This document shows, in pieces, positions 1 through 10,180 of a stretch of 64,000 nt of DNA (positions within the stretch are counted from its first letter, which is position 1; each line of letters opens with the position of its first letter). Source of the DNA: Marsupella aquatica (taxonomy: Eukaryota; Plantae; Marchantiophyta). The notes beneath the pieces are model-generated. The model saw only the letters and a program-made list of their open reading frames with translations. It ran no database searches and was not told the origin of the DNA. Location of the stretch: contig OZ316892.1 in assembly GCA_973895155.1 (NCBI GenBank), positions 16,606,357-16,670,356 on the forward strand, in the 5' to 3' direction. The translations under genes and the position numbers were made by a program.

Positions 1-206
1 CCGCTAAACCCTTCACTAAGAAACCCCTAAACTAAAAGCATGCGGCACACACATGCTTCTAAAACCCTAAACTAACAATGGGGCCGACGGCGCCCCAACA
101 TTACTCCGTGAACCGTGAAATTGCAAGGAACCCCACAATGGCCGAAACTAGGTGCCCTTCCACTTGCACTTCTGAGTTCACCCCTGGATATCTTTCCTCC
201 TCTTGA

Positions 207-2111
207 TCACGAATCACTCAACCGCTCTCGAAACGGACATCGGACGACCAAGTTATGGTCATTTCCGTATCCCGTAAACACAACTTCGTCGGGCCATAAC
301 CTGCTCATCCTGGCTCCGTTTGAGGAGCGCCGCCTCTTGTTGGAATCAGCTCCGCGAGCTCTTTCCAACAAGCCCGTGAGAGACCCCTCACAAAAAAGTT
401 GGAAAGTCAAGGGGCCATATAACCACGTCCGTACGACCACTCTAATCCTCCTCCTCTTCACTCACGGTGCCCTGGCTTGAGCCCCGTGAGTGGGCCTCCT
501 CATCACTCTCCACTGGAGTGAGTGCCACTTCACTCCTCTTCTTTTTCACCGGGGTACTCCTATACTAGTGCTCCCGTGCTTCCTCAAATTGGCCAAGGCT
601 TGCCATGCCTTAATGTACCCCTCACCAATGGTGTCCTTCCATAAGGCCGCCTCTTCACTGGACCGCAACTCCAACGGTAAAACCTGCCCGGTGGCCATGG
701 GAGTCCCAGGGGTGACAGATCGGGGTGGCATCCCCGGGGTCCCCATGTTGACCTGAGCTTCTCGTAACGATTTACGTACCTCCCTGAGCTTCTTCTCTAA
801 GCTCTTGCTCTTCTCTTGACTCTTCTTGGCTGCATCCAATAGGGGTCCATACTTCCCACTGACTTCCTTCACCACCATCTCAATGGCCCTGGAGACCAAA
901 TCCGGGGGGAGTGTGGAGCTAGGTGTGGAGGGGCTCTTCCGTTTCCCCAAACTCAAGGCCTCACTCCTCTTAGCCCTTGTCTCAAAGATCACCATCTGAC
1001 TCCGTAGTGTTCCCACCTGGGCTCTTAACTCCACCACCTCCCCAGAATTATGCTTCTCTTTGGCCAATGCCTGTTTCAATACTCCAACCTCTTATGCTTC
1101 CTTGGCCTTGGTGGACAAGGCCCACTTCAAGTTGGAGATCTCTACGTGAGCTGCTTGGAGAAGCTTAACCTTCTCATGAATGGCCTCCTCCTTGGCCTTG
1201 ATCACCTCCTTCATAGACAGGGCACTCTGCTCCAAAGTCTCTACTCTGGTGGTGGCCTGCTTGAGAGAATCTCTCAATGCGTGGACTAGCTTGAGTCCCT
1301 CATGGACTCCCTCCTGGAAATCCCGTAACTCCGCCAGGTAGACATCAGGAATGTCGTAGACCAGGGGCTCCTCCGGATTTCCCACAAGTGATTCAAGCCA
1401 CTCCATTGTGGAGTCCTCATCCTGGTTTTCTTCCTCTCTATTATCATCCCCAACCGCCGACGATGATCCCTCCGTTAGTTTCCCCAAGATGGTAGTGGCA
1501 ATACTCCTGATTTCCGTGGTAAGGGATGATCCAATATCTTCCTGTCCTGGGGAAACAATCCACCCTTCTGCTCTGGCTAGCAAAAATGACCCCATCAAAT
1601 GTACAGCCCCACCTGGTTTCACACTCCCGGAATTGGCGTCCAATAGCTTCTTCAACCTGTAGTACCACCATCCGTACACATGGGCTGGATAGTTCTTGAT
1701 GTCCATAGCTACCACGAAATGCTCTCCATTCACCATCCCGGATTGCACGTTACCAAGGACCCGTTGATGAACCTTGGCCAGAAATCCCTTGTGCTCAGCA
1801 TCCTTGACGGCGGAAAGAGGAATGGAAGTAGTGGAGGTGGGATTAATCACCCAACCGACCACCATTGTCAACGTGAGCTCTCCCCTTATGTTCCGAGGTG
1901 TGAATGAGAATTGTTGGTTCTCCAGGAACAAAAGCTTAGCTAACTCCACATGGGGCACTACCCGTTGGAGACATTCAAAGTAGATTCCTTCCGTACGTAA
2001 CTCCATCCTGGCCTCAATGTTCCAACTCTTCCCCGAAGATATTGTAATCTCCACCTTCATGAACTCCGTGAGCCCGGTGACTTGAAAAATATTCCTACAA
2101 TCCTCCATCAC
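207..2111 (-). pseudogene. Degenerate accessory ORF (coiled-coil rich) in the 3' region of an Athila/Tat-like Gypsy remnant
   Basis: ORFs 1092-2111, 546-1079 and 207-461 share one frame, broken by stops. They include a heptad-rich segment (LKQATTRVETLEQSALSMKEVIKAKEE). They lie downstream of, and on the same strand as, the integrase at 21995-23212 once the 2679-21560 insertion is removed. Confidence 0.45.
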
Positions 2112-2678
2112 CTTGGCGGAGGTTTTGGGATAAATTTGACGGAAAACAAAAAAACAAAAAAAACACCCCCGACACCTCCTTTTGCCTTGCGCCCCGGTGC
2201 CTTATTCCCTCCTCGCGGCTGCCCCCTCCTTTTCCTTCCTCGCGGCCCTTCTGCGCCTTCTTCACGGCTGCCTCGCGGGGCGTGTTTAATGGCGCGCGGC
2301 CCTATGCAGGGCGCGTTGCCTTTGGTGCGCCATGGTCCCGGCTTACTCATGGGGGTCCCGGATGCTCCCCTTTAATGGCCCTCCCCAGGCCCCGATGCTC
2401 CCTGCCACTCGCGGGTGGCTCCTCGCCTCGCCCGACTCGCCGGGCCATAACCACCTCGGGCGAGCGGCCCTCCTCACTCACGGGAGCCCTAAATGCCCTG
2501 GGCACGCAGCCCTATGGGCTCGCCGCTGCTTCCTCCCGGCATGTTCTTCCTCTCGGCTGTGCTCTCCTTAGGAGGGCTTTTAAAAGAAACCCCCCCACTT
2601 CCTGTTTCGGTCCTACTCGCGGGAGCACTTAGTGCTCGGCTACTCGCGGGCTCCTAAGGGGCTTTAATCCCCCCCCAC

Positions 2679-2855
2679 TGTCGTGACATATAGTATCGTA
2701 GCCATAGTGTATCGAAAACATACAAGTCACCGGCAAGGCATACGTGCAAGCTGCTAGCAACCAACATCCTGAGAAAAAAGTCCAATCACATTCACAAGTG
2801 CCGAGAAAAAGCAAATGAAGTGGTATGTACGTAGTGGAGGTGTAAACCTCTGTAT
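2679..2855 (-). repeat. Terminal repeat B (177 bp) of the outer copy
   Basis: Homologous to 5402-5578, 5937-6113 and 37259-37434. Adjacent to a C7 run at 2856-2862 (G7 PPT on the sense strand). Confidence 0.9.
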
Positions 2856-2894
2856 CCCCCCCAGACCACAGCCAAAAGGAGGGCTGAAGAAAAT

Positions 2895-5397
2895 TCAGGT
2901 AGCACGTGGAGCACAAGAAGGGCAAAACCATAACCCTTCTGGCACCTGGGTAAGTTCAAGCCGAAGGCAGAAAAGATGGTACCCTCCATTGCAATTGTCA
3001 CACAACAGCATCTAGTCAGCATCATCAATTTGCAAACACACTTTGCAAGGGTAGTCCACAGGTGGAATCCAGGTAGAAGTCACAATGGTGGGATCCAGGT
3101 TAGGCAGATGACAAGGGGCGCAATTCTTGGCATTGTCAGCAATTATGCGCCCATCTGCCCCTTGTAACTCTAGCACTCCAGACGGTCGAATAGCTTTAAC
3201 CCTGAGAATAGTACGACTGGTAGAGGTGTCCAGGGTGTCATTAGCTTGCCGCTGCAAGTACACAAAATCTCCCACATCAAACTTCCTGACCTTGGGCTGA
3301 AAACTGCCCCCTTGTGTGTGTGCATAACGCAATGTGTCCCTGTGTTGTGCAATGGCCAAATTCTCCATGGCCATGGGCATAACCCTCCTGAATAGGGCAG
3401 CCCTCTCAGAGATCACATCAGACCAAGTCACAGCTGAATCCAAGTCCACCACCTGAAGCATGTGAGCAGCAATAGCAGAAGGTGGAACTGGGTGACGACC
3501 AAACAACAAGAAGTAGGGAGAAAAGTTAGACAGTGATGCATGTCTAGACATCCTATACCCCATGGCAATGTAGGGTAAGGCCAGGTCCCAATCCTCCTTG
3601 TTTTTGGTGAGGCAGATCTTCCGAAGGCCCTTCTTGCATGTCTGAACCATGCGCTCTGCCAAGCCATCTGCCTGTGGGTGATCTCGTGATGTCCGGCGAT
3701 GATCAATGAGGGCCTGATCAAGCAGCTCCTGGAACTCTCCTCTAAACTCTGAGCCCTGGTCAGTGAGACATTCTGCACAAGCTCCAAAGCGGCTGAGAAC
3801 TTGTTGCAGGAATGCCTGGCTGGTGCTACGGGAGGTCTTATCCGGCAATGCCACAAGTTCTATCCACTTGGAGAAATGCTCTATCATGATCATGATGTAG
3901 AGATTACCCCGAGATGTGAGGGGTAATTCTCCAGCCAAATCACATGACCAACGATAAAACATGCCCTGAATAGGGAGTGGATGAAGTGTGGGTTGCCGAG
4001 TCGTGAAAGAAGTCCTTACCCTATCACACTGCTCACACCGGGCAATAACATCTCGAACCTGGCCATGCATGCCTCTCCAATGATAATGAGGGACCAAGAG
4101 GCTGTAAGTCCTCTTAACGCCAAAATGACCAAGCTCAGAATGTACCTTACGAATAAGGCCAACCCTCTCATGAATGGGTGGAACCACCACTTCCCTGTCT
4201 GGCAAGCAGCGCACGAGATGATCTCCCTTCCACAAGTAGCGCTTGGACCTTTGCTGAATTCGGTCTCTCTGGGCAGCAGTAACATGTGTGGGGTACTCCC
4301 CATGCTGCAGAAATCTCAGAGTGTCGCTATCCTCCCATATGTCCACCACAGGTTGGTCAACAACATAGCATGGCAGCAAAGCAAGATAGGTCAATGCATG
4401 AAATGTAGGCAGGATGGAAACCTGGTCAAAATCTTGCCGTGCATCTGAGGAATCATCAGAGGTAATCAAAGGGCTGTGGGACATAGTGTCAGCATTCTGA
4501 TGTGTCAAACCAGGCCTATGAATTACCTCAAAGTCATACTCCTGGAGGATGAGTGCCCGACGAGCAAGCTTGCCAGTAACCTTGTCGTTAGTCATCAACC
4601 ACTTCAAGGGCTGGTGGTCGGTGTAGAGAGTAAACCTGGTCCCATAGAGGTAGGGCCTGTAATGTATGACAGCCCACACAACAGCAAGGCATTCACCCTC
4701 ATAAGAAGAATAATGACTCTCTGCCTGATTGTTGCTCCTGGATGCATAGACAATGACGTACTCTTTACGTTCCTCATCATGCTGGCCCAAAATGGCACCA
4801 ATCCCAAGGGCACTCCAATCTATGTGTAGCACAAAGACCTTGTTGAAATCAGGTCTTCTCAGCACCGGGTATTTTGAGAGCTTCTCCTTCAAAGTGGCAA
4901 ATGCTGCCTCAGCATCTGTACTCCATGTCCAAGTCACATTCTTTTTCAACAAAGCATACAATGGGTGTGCAATGGTGCTGAAATCTTTGATGTAGATCCG
5001 GTAGTAATTGCACAACCCAATGAAACTCCTCAAAGTGTGAACATCAGTAGGAGTGGGCATTTCCAAGATGGATACCACCTTGGCCCAGTGAGCCATGGTT
5101 CCATTTGGAAGAATGCGGTGCCCAAGGTATACTACTGATCTGACAGCAAATTCACACTTCTTGGGGTGTATCTTTAGGTTCACCTTCTTAAGCCTCATGA
5201 ATAGCTCCTCAAGGTCAAGTAGATGCTGGTCAAATCCTTTGCTGTGGACCAACACATCATCAATGTAGCATTTTAGAAACTCAGCACCTTGAAGAACCTG
5301 GTCCATGACTCTTTGAAAGAATATGGGCGCATTCTTCAAGCCAAATGGCATCACCAACCACTCCCATAGTTGGTTACTACCATGGAAAGCTGTTTTC
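2895..5397 (-). pseudogene. Outer-copy pol 3' half: RT (YIDD)-RNaseH-integrase-PHD
   Basis: Motifs MPFGLKNAP, YIDDVLV, DWSALGIGAIL, HSELGH..CEQC and WSCDLAG/LTDQGSEF/GLAERMV. The PHD finger is broken by a CAG>TAG stop at 3012-3014. Confidence 0.9.
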
Positions 5398-5401
5398 TGG
5401 C

Positions 5402-6113
5402 TGTCGTGACATATAGTATCGTAGCCATAGTGTATCGAAAACATACAAGTCACCGGCAATGCATATGTGCAAGCTGCTAGCAACCAACATCCTGAGAAAA
5501 AAGTCCAATCACATTCACAAGTGCCAAGAAAAAGCAACTGAGATGGTATGTACGTAGTGGAGGTGTAAACCTCTGTATGGCGTGATAGAAACAAACGTGC
5601 TGAAATCGAATCGAAAACCGGTGAGATGCCAAGGTCGGCCGGGAGCATCTAACGAATCACTATGTGAATTCCGTGTACGGAACCAACGAGCAGCCTCTGA
5701 AAAACCCTGTCTCACAGCGATTCAAGAAGAACTAAAGAACGGCAAAGAAAAACATGCCCTAAGTAGGACCGGGTCCAGGCGTCACACTAACAAACCCCTT
5801 TTGCTTCAAGAATAGCCCAGACTCGCTACAAGAACATGACACTAACTCAAGTAGTACACTAGCCCTAACCATACCTAGCGGGCATGCGAGGGACATGCCG
5901 ATGTGCACAAGCGACACTGTCCCTCGGCATGACAGCTATCGTGACATATAGTATCGTAGCCATAGTGTATCGAAAACATACAAGTCACCGGCAATGCATA
6001 TGTGCAAGCTGCTAGCAACCAACATCCTGAGAAAAAAGTCCAATCACATTCACAAGTGCCAAGAAAAAGCAACTGAGATGGTATGTACGTAGTGGAGGTG
6101 TAAACCTCTGTAT
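5402..6113 (-). repeat. 3' repeat block B1-gc-A2-B2 of the inner copy
   Basis: B1 and B2 (177 bp each) are nearly identical. A2 (356 bp) differs from A1 at about 8 positions, all transitions by eye. Confidence 0.92.
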
Positions 6114-6120
6114 CCCCCCC
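6114..6120 (-). promoter_or_regulatory. Putative polypurine tract (G7) immediately upstream of repeat B
   Basis: C7 on the + strand abuts B1. The same C7 is present at 2856-2862 in the outer copy. Confidence 0.6.
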
Positions 6121-6152
6121 AGACCACAGTCAAAAGGAGGGCTGAAGAAAAT

Positions 6153-9100
6153 TCAGGTAGCACGTGGAGCACAGGAAGGGCAAAACCATAACCCTTCTGG
6201 CACCTGGGTAAGTTCAGGCCAAAGGCAGAAAAGATGGTACCCTCCATTGCAATTGTCACACAGCAGCATCTGGTCAGCATCATCAATTTGCAAACACACT
6301 TTGCAAGGGTAGTCCACAGGTGGAATCCAAGTAGAAGTCACAATGGTGAGATCTAGGTTAGGCAGATGACAAGGGGCGCAATTCTTGGCATTGTCAGCAA
6401 TTGTGCGCCCATTTGCCCCTTGTAACTCTAGCACTCCAGACGGTCGAATAGCTTTGACCCTGAGAATAGTGCGACTGGTAGAGGTGTCCAGGGTGTCATT
6501 AGCTTGCCGCTGCAAGTACACAAAATCTCCCACTTCAAACTTCCTGACCTTGGGCTGAAAACTGCCCCCTCGTGTGTGTGCATAACGCAATGTGTCCCTG
6601 TGTTGTGCAATGGCCAAATTCTCCATGGCCATGGGCATAACCCTCCTGAATAGGGCAGCCCTCTCAGAGATCACATCAGACCAAGTCACAGCTGAATCCA
6701 GGTCCACCACCTGAAGCATGTGAGAAGCAATAGCAGAAGGTGGAACTGGGTGACGACCAAACAACAAGAAGTAGGGAGAAAAGTTAGACAGTGATGCATG
6801 TCTAGACATCCTATACCCCATGGCAATGTAGGGTAAGGCCAGGTCCCAATCCTCCTTGTTTTTGGTGAGGCAGATCTTCCAAAGGCCCTTCTTGCATGTC
6901 TGAACCATGCGCTCTGCCAAGCCATCTGCCTGTGGGTGATCTCGTGATATCCGGCGATGATCAATGAGAGCCTGATCAAGCAGCTCCTGGAACTCCTCTC
7001 TGAACTCAGATCCCTGGTCAGTGAGACATTCTGCACAAGCTCCAAAGCGACTGAGAACTTGTTGTAGGAATTCCTGGCTGGTGCTACGGGAGGTCTTATC
7101 CGGTAATGCCACAAGTTCTATCCACTTGGAGAAATGCTCTATCATGATCATGATGTAGAGATTACCCCGAGACGTGAGGGGTAATTCTCCAGCCAAATCA
7201 CATGACCAACGATAAAACATGCCCTGAATAGGGAGTGGATGAAGTGTGGGTTGCCGAGATGTGAAAGAAGTCCTCACCCTATCACATTGTTCACACCGGG
7301 CAATAACATCTTGAACCTGGCCATGCATGCCTCTCCAATGATAATGAGGGACCAAGAGGCTGTAAGTCCTCTTAACGCCAAAATGACCAAGCTCAGAATG
7401 TACCTTACGGATAAGGCCAACCCTCTCATGAATGGGTGGAACCACCACTTCCCTGTCTGGCAAGCAGCGCACGAGATGATCTCGCTTCCACAAGTAACGC
7501 TTGGACCTTTGCTGAATTCGGTCTCTCTGGGTTGCAGTAACATGTATGGGGTACTCCCCATGCTGCAAAAATCTCAGAGTGTCGCTGTCCTCCCATATGT
7601 CCACCACAGGTTGGTCAACGATGTAGCATGGCAGCAAAGCAAGATAGGTAGATGTATGAAATGTAGGCAGGATGGAAACCTGGTCAAAATCCTGCCGTGC
7701 ATCTGAGGGATCATCAGAGGCAATCAAAGGGCTGCGGGACATAGTGTCAGCATTTTGATGTGTCACACCAGGCCTATGAATTACCTCAAAATCATACTCC
7801 TGAAGTATGAGTGCCCAACGAGCAAGCTTGCCAGTAAGCTTGTCGTTGGTCATCAACCACTTCAAGGGCTGGTGGTCGGTGTAGAGAACAAACCTGGTCC
7901 CATAGAGGTAGGGCCTGTAATGTATTACAGCCCACACAACAGCAAGGCATTCACCCTCATAAGAAGAATAATGACTCTCTGCCTGATTGTTGCTCCTGGA
8001 TGCATAGGCAATGACGTACTCTTTACCTTCCTCATCATGCTGGCCCAGAATGGCACCAATCCCAAGGGCACTCCAATCTGTGTGTAGCACAAAGACCTTG
8101 CTGAAATCAGGTCTTCTCAGCACCGGGTATTTTGAGAGCTTCTCCTTCAAAGTGGCAAATGCTGCCTCAGCATCTGTACTCCATGTCCAAGTCACATTCT
8201 TTTTCAACAAAGCATACAATGGGTGTGCAATGGTACTGAAATCTTTGATGTAGATCCAGTAGTAATTGCACAACCCAATAAAACTCCTCAAAGTGTGAAC
8301 ATCGGTAGGAGTGGGCATTTCCAAGATGGATACCACCTTGGCCCAGTGAGCCATGGTTCCATTTGGAAGAATGCGATGCCCAAGATATACTACTGATCTG
8401 ACAGCAAATTCACACTTCTTGGGGTGTATCTTTAGGTTCACCTTCTTAAGCCTCATGAATAGCTCCTCAAGGTCAAGTAGATGCTGGTCAAATCCTTTGC
8501 TGTGGACCAACACATCATCAATGTAGCATTTTAGAAACTCAGCACCTTGAAGAACCTGGTCCATGACTCTTTGAAAGAATATGGGCGCATTCTTCAAGCC
8601 AAATGGCATCACCAACCACTTCCATAGTTGGTTACTACCATGGAAAGCTGTTTTCTTGCGGTCTTTTGCAAGCAGCAAAATCTGGTTGAAGCCTTGCCTT
8701 AGATCCACAAGAGTGAAGATGTCTGAGTCTCCAATGCTGTCAAATAGCTCCTCTGGCCGCGGCATGGGGTACCTGTCCTGGGGTGTGACCAGGTTCAATG
8801 GCCTATAGTCCCCACACATGCGCTTCTCTGTCCACAATCCACTGGAATCCTTCTTTGCTGGCATCATTATAGCTGCCGCAAAATCTGATGTAGATGGCTG
8901 AATAAGACCAGCTTCATAAAGCTCTTGGCACCTCTCATCCACCAGCTGCCACTCATGCTTACTCAAATGGTGTCTCCGCCTGAAGATAGGTGTTTCATCA
9001 GCCAACTCAATGGAGAACTGCATAGTCTTGCACTTACCCAAGTCCTTCATAGAGAAAGCAAACACATTCTCATGCTTGAGGAGCAAATTCAGTAGCTGGT

Positions 9101-10160
9101 CCTTCTGTCTTTTACTCAGGTGGTTGCCCATGATAAATGTGTAGTTGGCAACACTAGGAATAGGACCTGATGTACTCGTGCTTGAAGAGCCAGAAGTGCC
9201 AGCCTCTCCACTGTCCAAGCTGCTAGCATGCTGCTGATAAGGTGATGAGGCCTCTCTAAGGCCTGTTGTACCTGCTGATCTGAAGTGGTCCACACCATGA
9301 AACTCAGAAATAATGTCAGCCGCATTACAAGGGACCTCCTCCCCCCCAACACTTGGACTGAAGTGGTGAGTGTTGGACAGAGGTAAGTGCACCTGGTCTG
9401 GATGCCATGCAGCAGCACTGTGGAGTGGTAGGGCGGGAGCCCCTAATGCTGGAGGAATGTACATCTGAAAAAGGATGCAAGTGACCAGAAGCCAAGTGAG
9501 AGCATTGAGATCCATTACCCTGCCAAGTAAAGCATTCCTGGCCAGCTTGGTGATTTTGGTGTGACCTGTAGTACCGGGTTGGAAGCCCATAGCCCGTTCT
9601 CTCTCCTCAGGACTAGGTTCATCCCATGTACTGGTAGAATGTCGATAAACCAGACCAGGACCATCACCCTGAAAAGCATGTGCACCTGGAAAGGACACAA
9701 ATGTAGGCCAAGCAGCACGAGGTTGTCCAATGGTATTGGCTGGATACCAAGGTGCTGGCTCTTGCCGTGTAACTGGTTGGCAAGAACTGTCAGGATCCAA
9801 AATCTGGTCCACTGTAAGGTTAGTGTCCCTGGATGTGTGGTGAAGAGCCATCTCCAGCAAGGAAGGTGGTGCAAGGTTAGTCCAAAAGTTACAAAGACGA
9901 TGTGCATAAGAACCACAGTGCACTGCATCAATGGGTGGTCCCAAGTAGTGCTGGACCACACTGAAATCCTCTTTGACCTGTGGACGCTGGTCAAACTGAG
10001 ATGGAGTATTCTCAATGATATAACCAACAGCAGGATAAAGGGATTGAGCCCAGGTGAGAATCTGAACCAATGCTGTGAAAAGGCCAGAACGAGAATCATG
10101 CAGTCCAGCACCGTGACCAGCAGCTGAAAACCCTTGGCATTCCCAACCAGCTATGATCAA
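6153..10160 (-). CDS. Open pol segment: DNMT3-like C-terminal part, RT, RNaseH, integrase, PHD finger (1335 aa)
   Basis: IIAGWECQGF, YIIENT, AHRLCNFWTN, RMCGDYRPLN, YIDDVLV, RNaseH and integrase D,D35E motifs. C-terminal CKVC..CDNC..HLFC..CPSC is a C4HC3 PHD finger. Confidence 0.9.
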   Translation of the reverse strand: MIIAGWECQGFSAAGHGAGLHDSRSGLFTALVQILTWAQSLYPAVGYIIENTPSQFDQRPQVKEDFSVVQHYLGPPIDAVHCGSYAHRLCNFWTNLAPPSLLEMALHHTSRDTNLTVDQILDPDSSCQPVTRQEPAPWYPANTIGQPRAAWPTFVSFPGAHAFQGDGPGLVYRHSTSTWDEPSPEERERAMGFQPGTTGHTKITKLARNALLGRVMDLNALTWLLVTCILFQMYIPPALGAPALPLHSAAAWHPDQVHLPLSNTHHFSPSVGGEEVPCNAADIISEFHGVDHFRSAGTTGLREASSPYQQHASSLDSGEAGTSGSSSTSTSGPIPSVANYTFIMGNHLSKRQKDQLLNLLLKHENVFAFSMKDLGKCKTMQFSIELADETPIFRRRHHLSKHEWQLVDERCQELYEAGLIQPSTSDFAAAIMMPAKKDSSGLWTEKRMCGDYRPLNLVTPQDRYPMPRPEELFDSIGDSDIFTLVDLRQGFNQILLLAKDRKKTAFHGSNQLWKWLVMPFGLKNAPIFFQRVMDQVLQGAEFLKCYIDDVLVHSKGFDQHLLDLEELFMRLKKVNLKIHPKKCEFAVRSVVYLGHRILPNGTMAHWAKVVSILEMPTPTDVHTLRSFIGLCNYYWIYIKDFSTIAHPLYALLKKNVTWTWSTDAEAAFATLKEKLSKYPVLRRPDFSKVFVLHTDWSALGIGAILGQHDEEGKEYVIAYASRSNNQAESHYSSYEGECLAVVWAVIHYRPYLYGTRFVLYTDHQPLKWLMTNDKLTGKLARWALILQEYDFEVIHRPGVTHQNADTMSRSPLIASDDPSDARQDFDQVSILPTFHTSTYLALLPCYIVDQPVVDIWEDSDTLRFLQHGEYPIHVTATQRDRIQQRSKRYLWKRDHLVRCLPDREVVVPPIHERVGLIRKVHSELGHFGVKRTYSLLVPHYHWRGMHGQVQDVIARCEQCDRVRTSFTSRQPTLHPLPIQGMFYRWSCDLAGELPLTSRGNLYIMIMIEHFSKWIELVALPDKTSRSTSQEFLQQVLSRFGACAECLTDQGSEFREEFQELLDQALIDHRRISRDHPQADGLAERMVQTCKKGLWKICLTKNKEDWDLALPYIAMGYRMSRHASLSNFSPYFLLFGRHPVPPSAIASHMLQVVDLDSAVTWSDVISERAALFRRVMPMAMENLAIAQHRDTLRYAHTRGGSFQPKVRKFEVGDFVYLQRQANDTLDTSTSRTILRVKAIRPSGVLELQGANGRTIADNAKNCAPCHLPNLDLTIVTSTWIPPVDYPCKVCLQIDDADQMLLCDNCNGGYHLFCLWPELTQVPEGLWFCPSCAPRAT

Positions 10161-10180
10161 ATCAAGGGAGCCAAGAAGGG

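Noticed and set aside
1-100. Telomere-like tract or LTR edge at the window start
   Set aside because: Only isolated CCCTAAA words occur, and the CCCCAACA end lacks a clear PPT or partner.
3012-5648. 878-aa ORF as a genuine gene
   Set aside because: It is a chimera. Its first ~83 codons read through repeats A2/B2 of the nested copy into the interrupted RT of the outer copy.
5402-5934. Independent MITE inserted next to the inner copy
   Set aside because: It has no 4-bp TSD of its own (TGGC versus GCTA), TGGC flanks the whole 5402-15280 unit, and its variants match A1/B1 of that copy. Not fully excluded.
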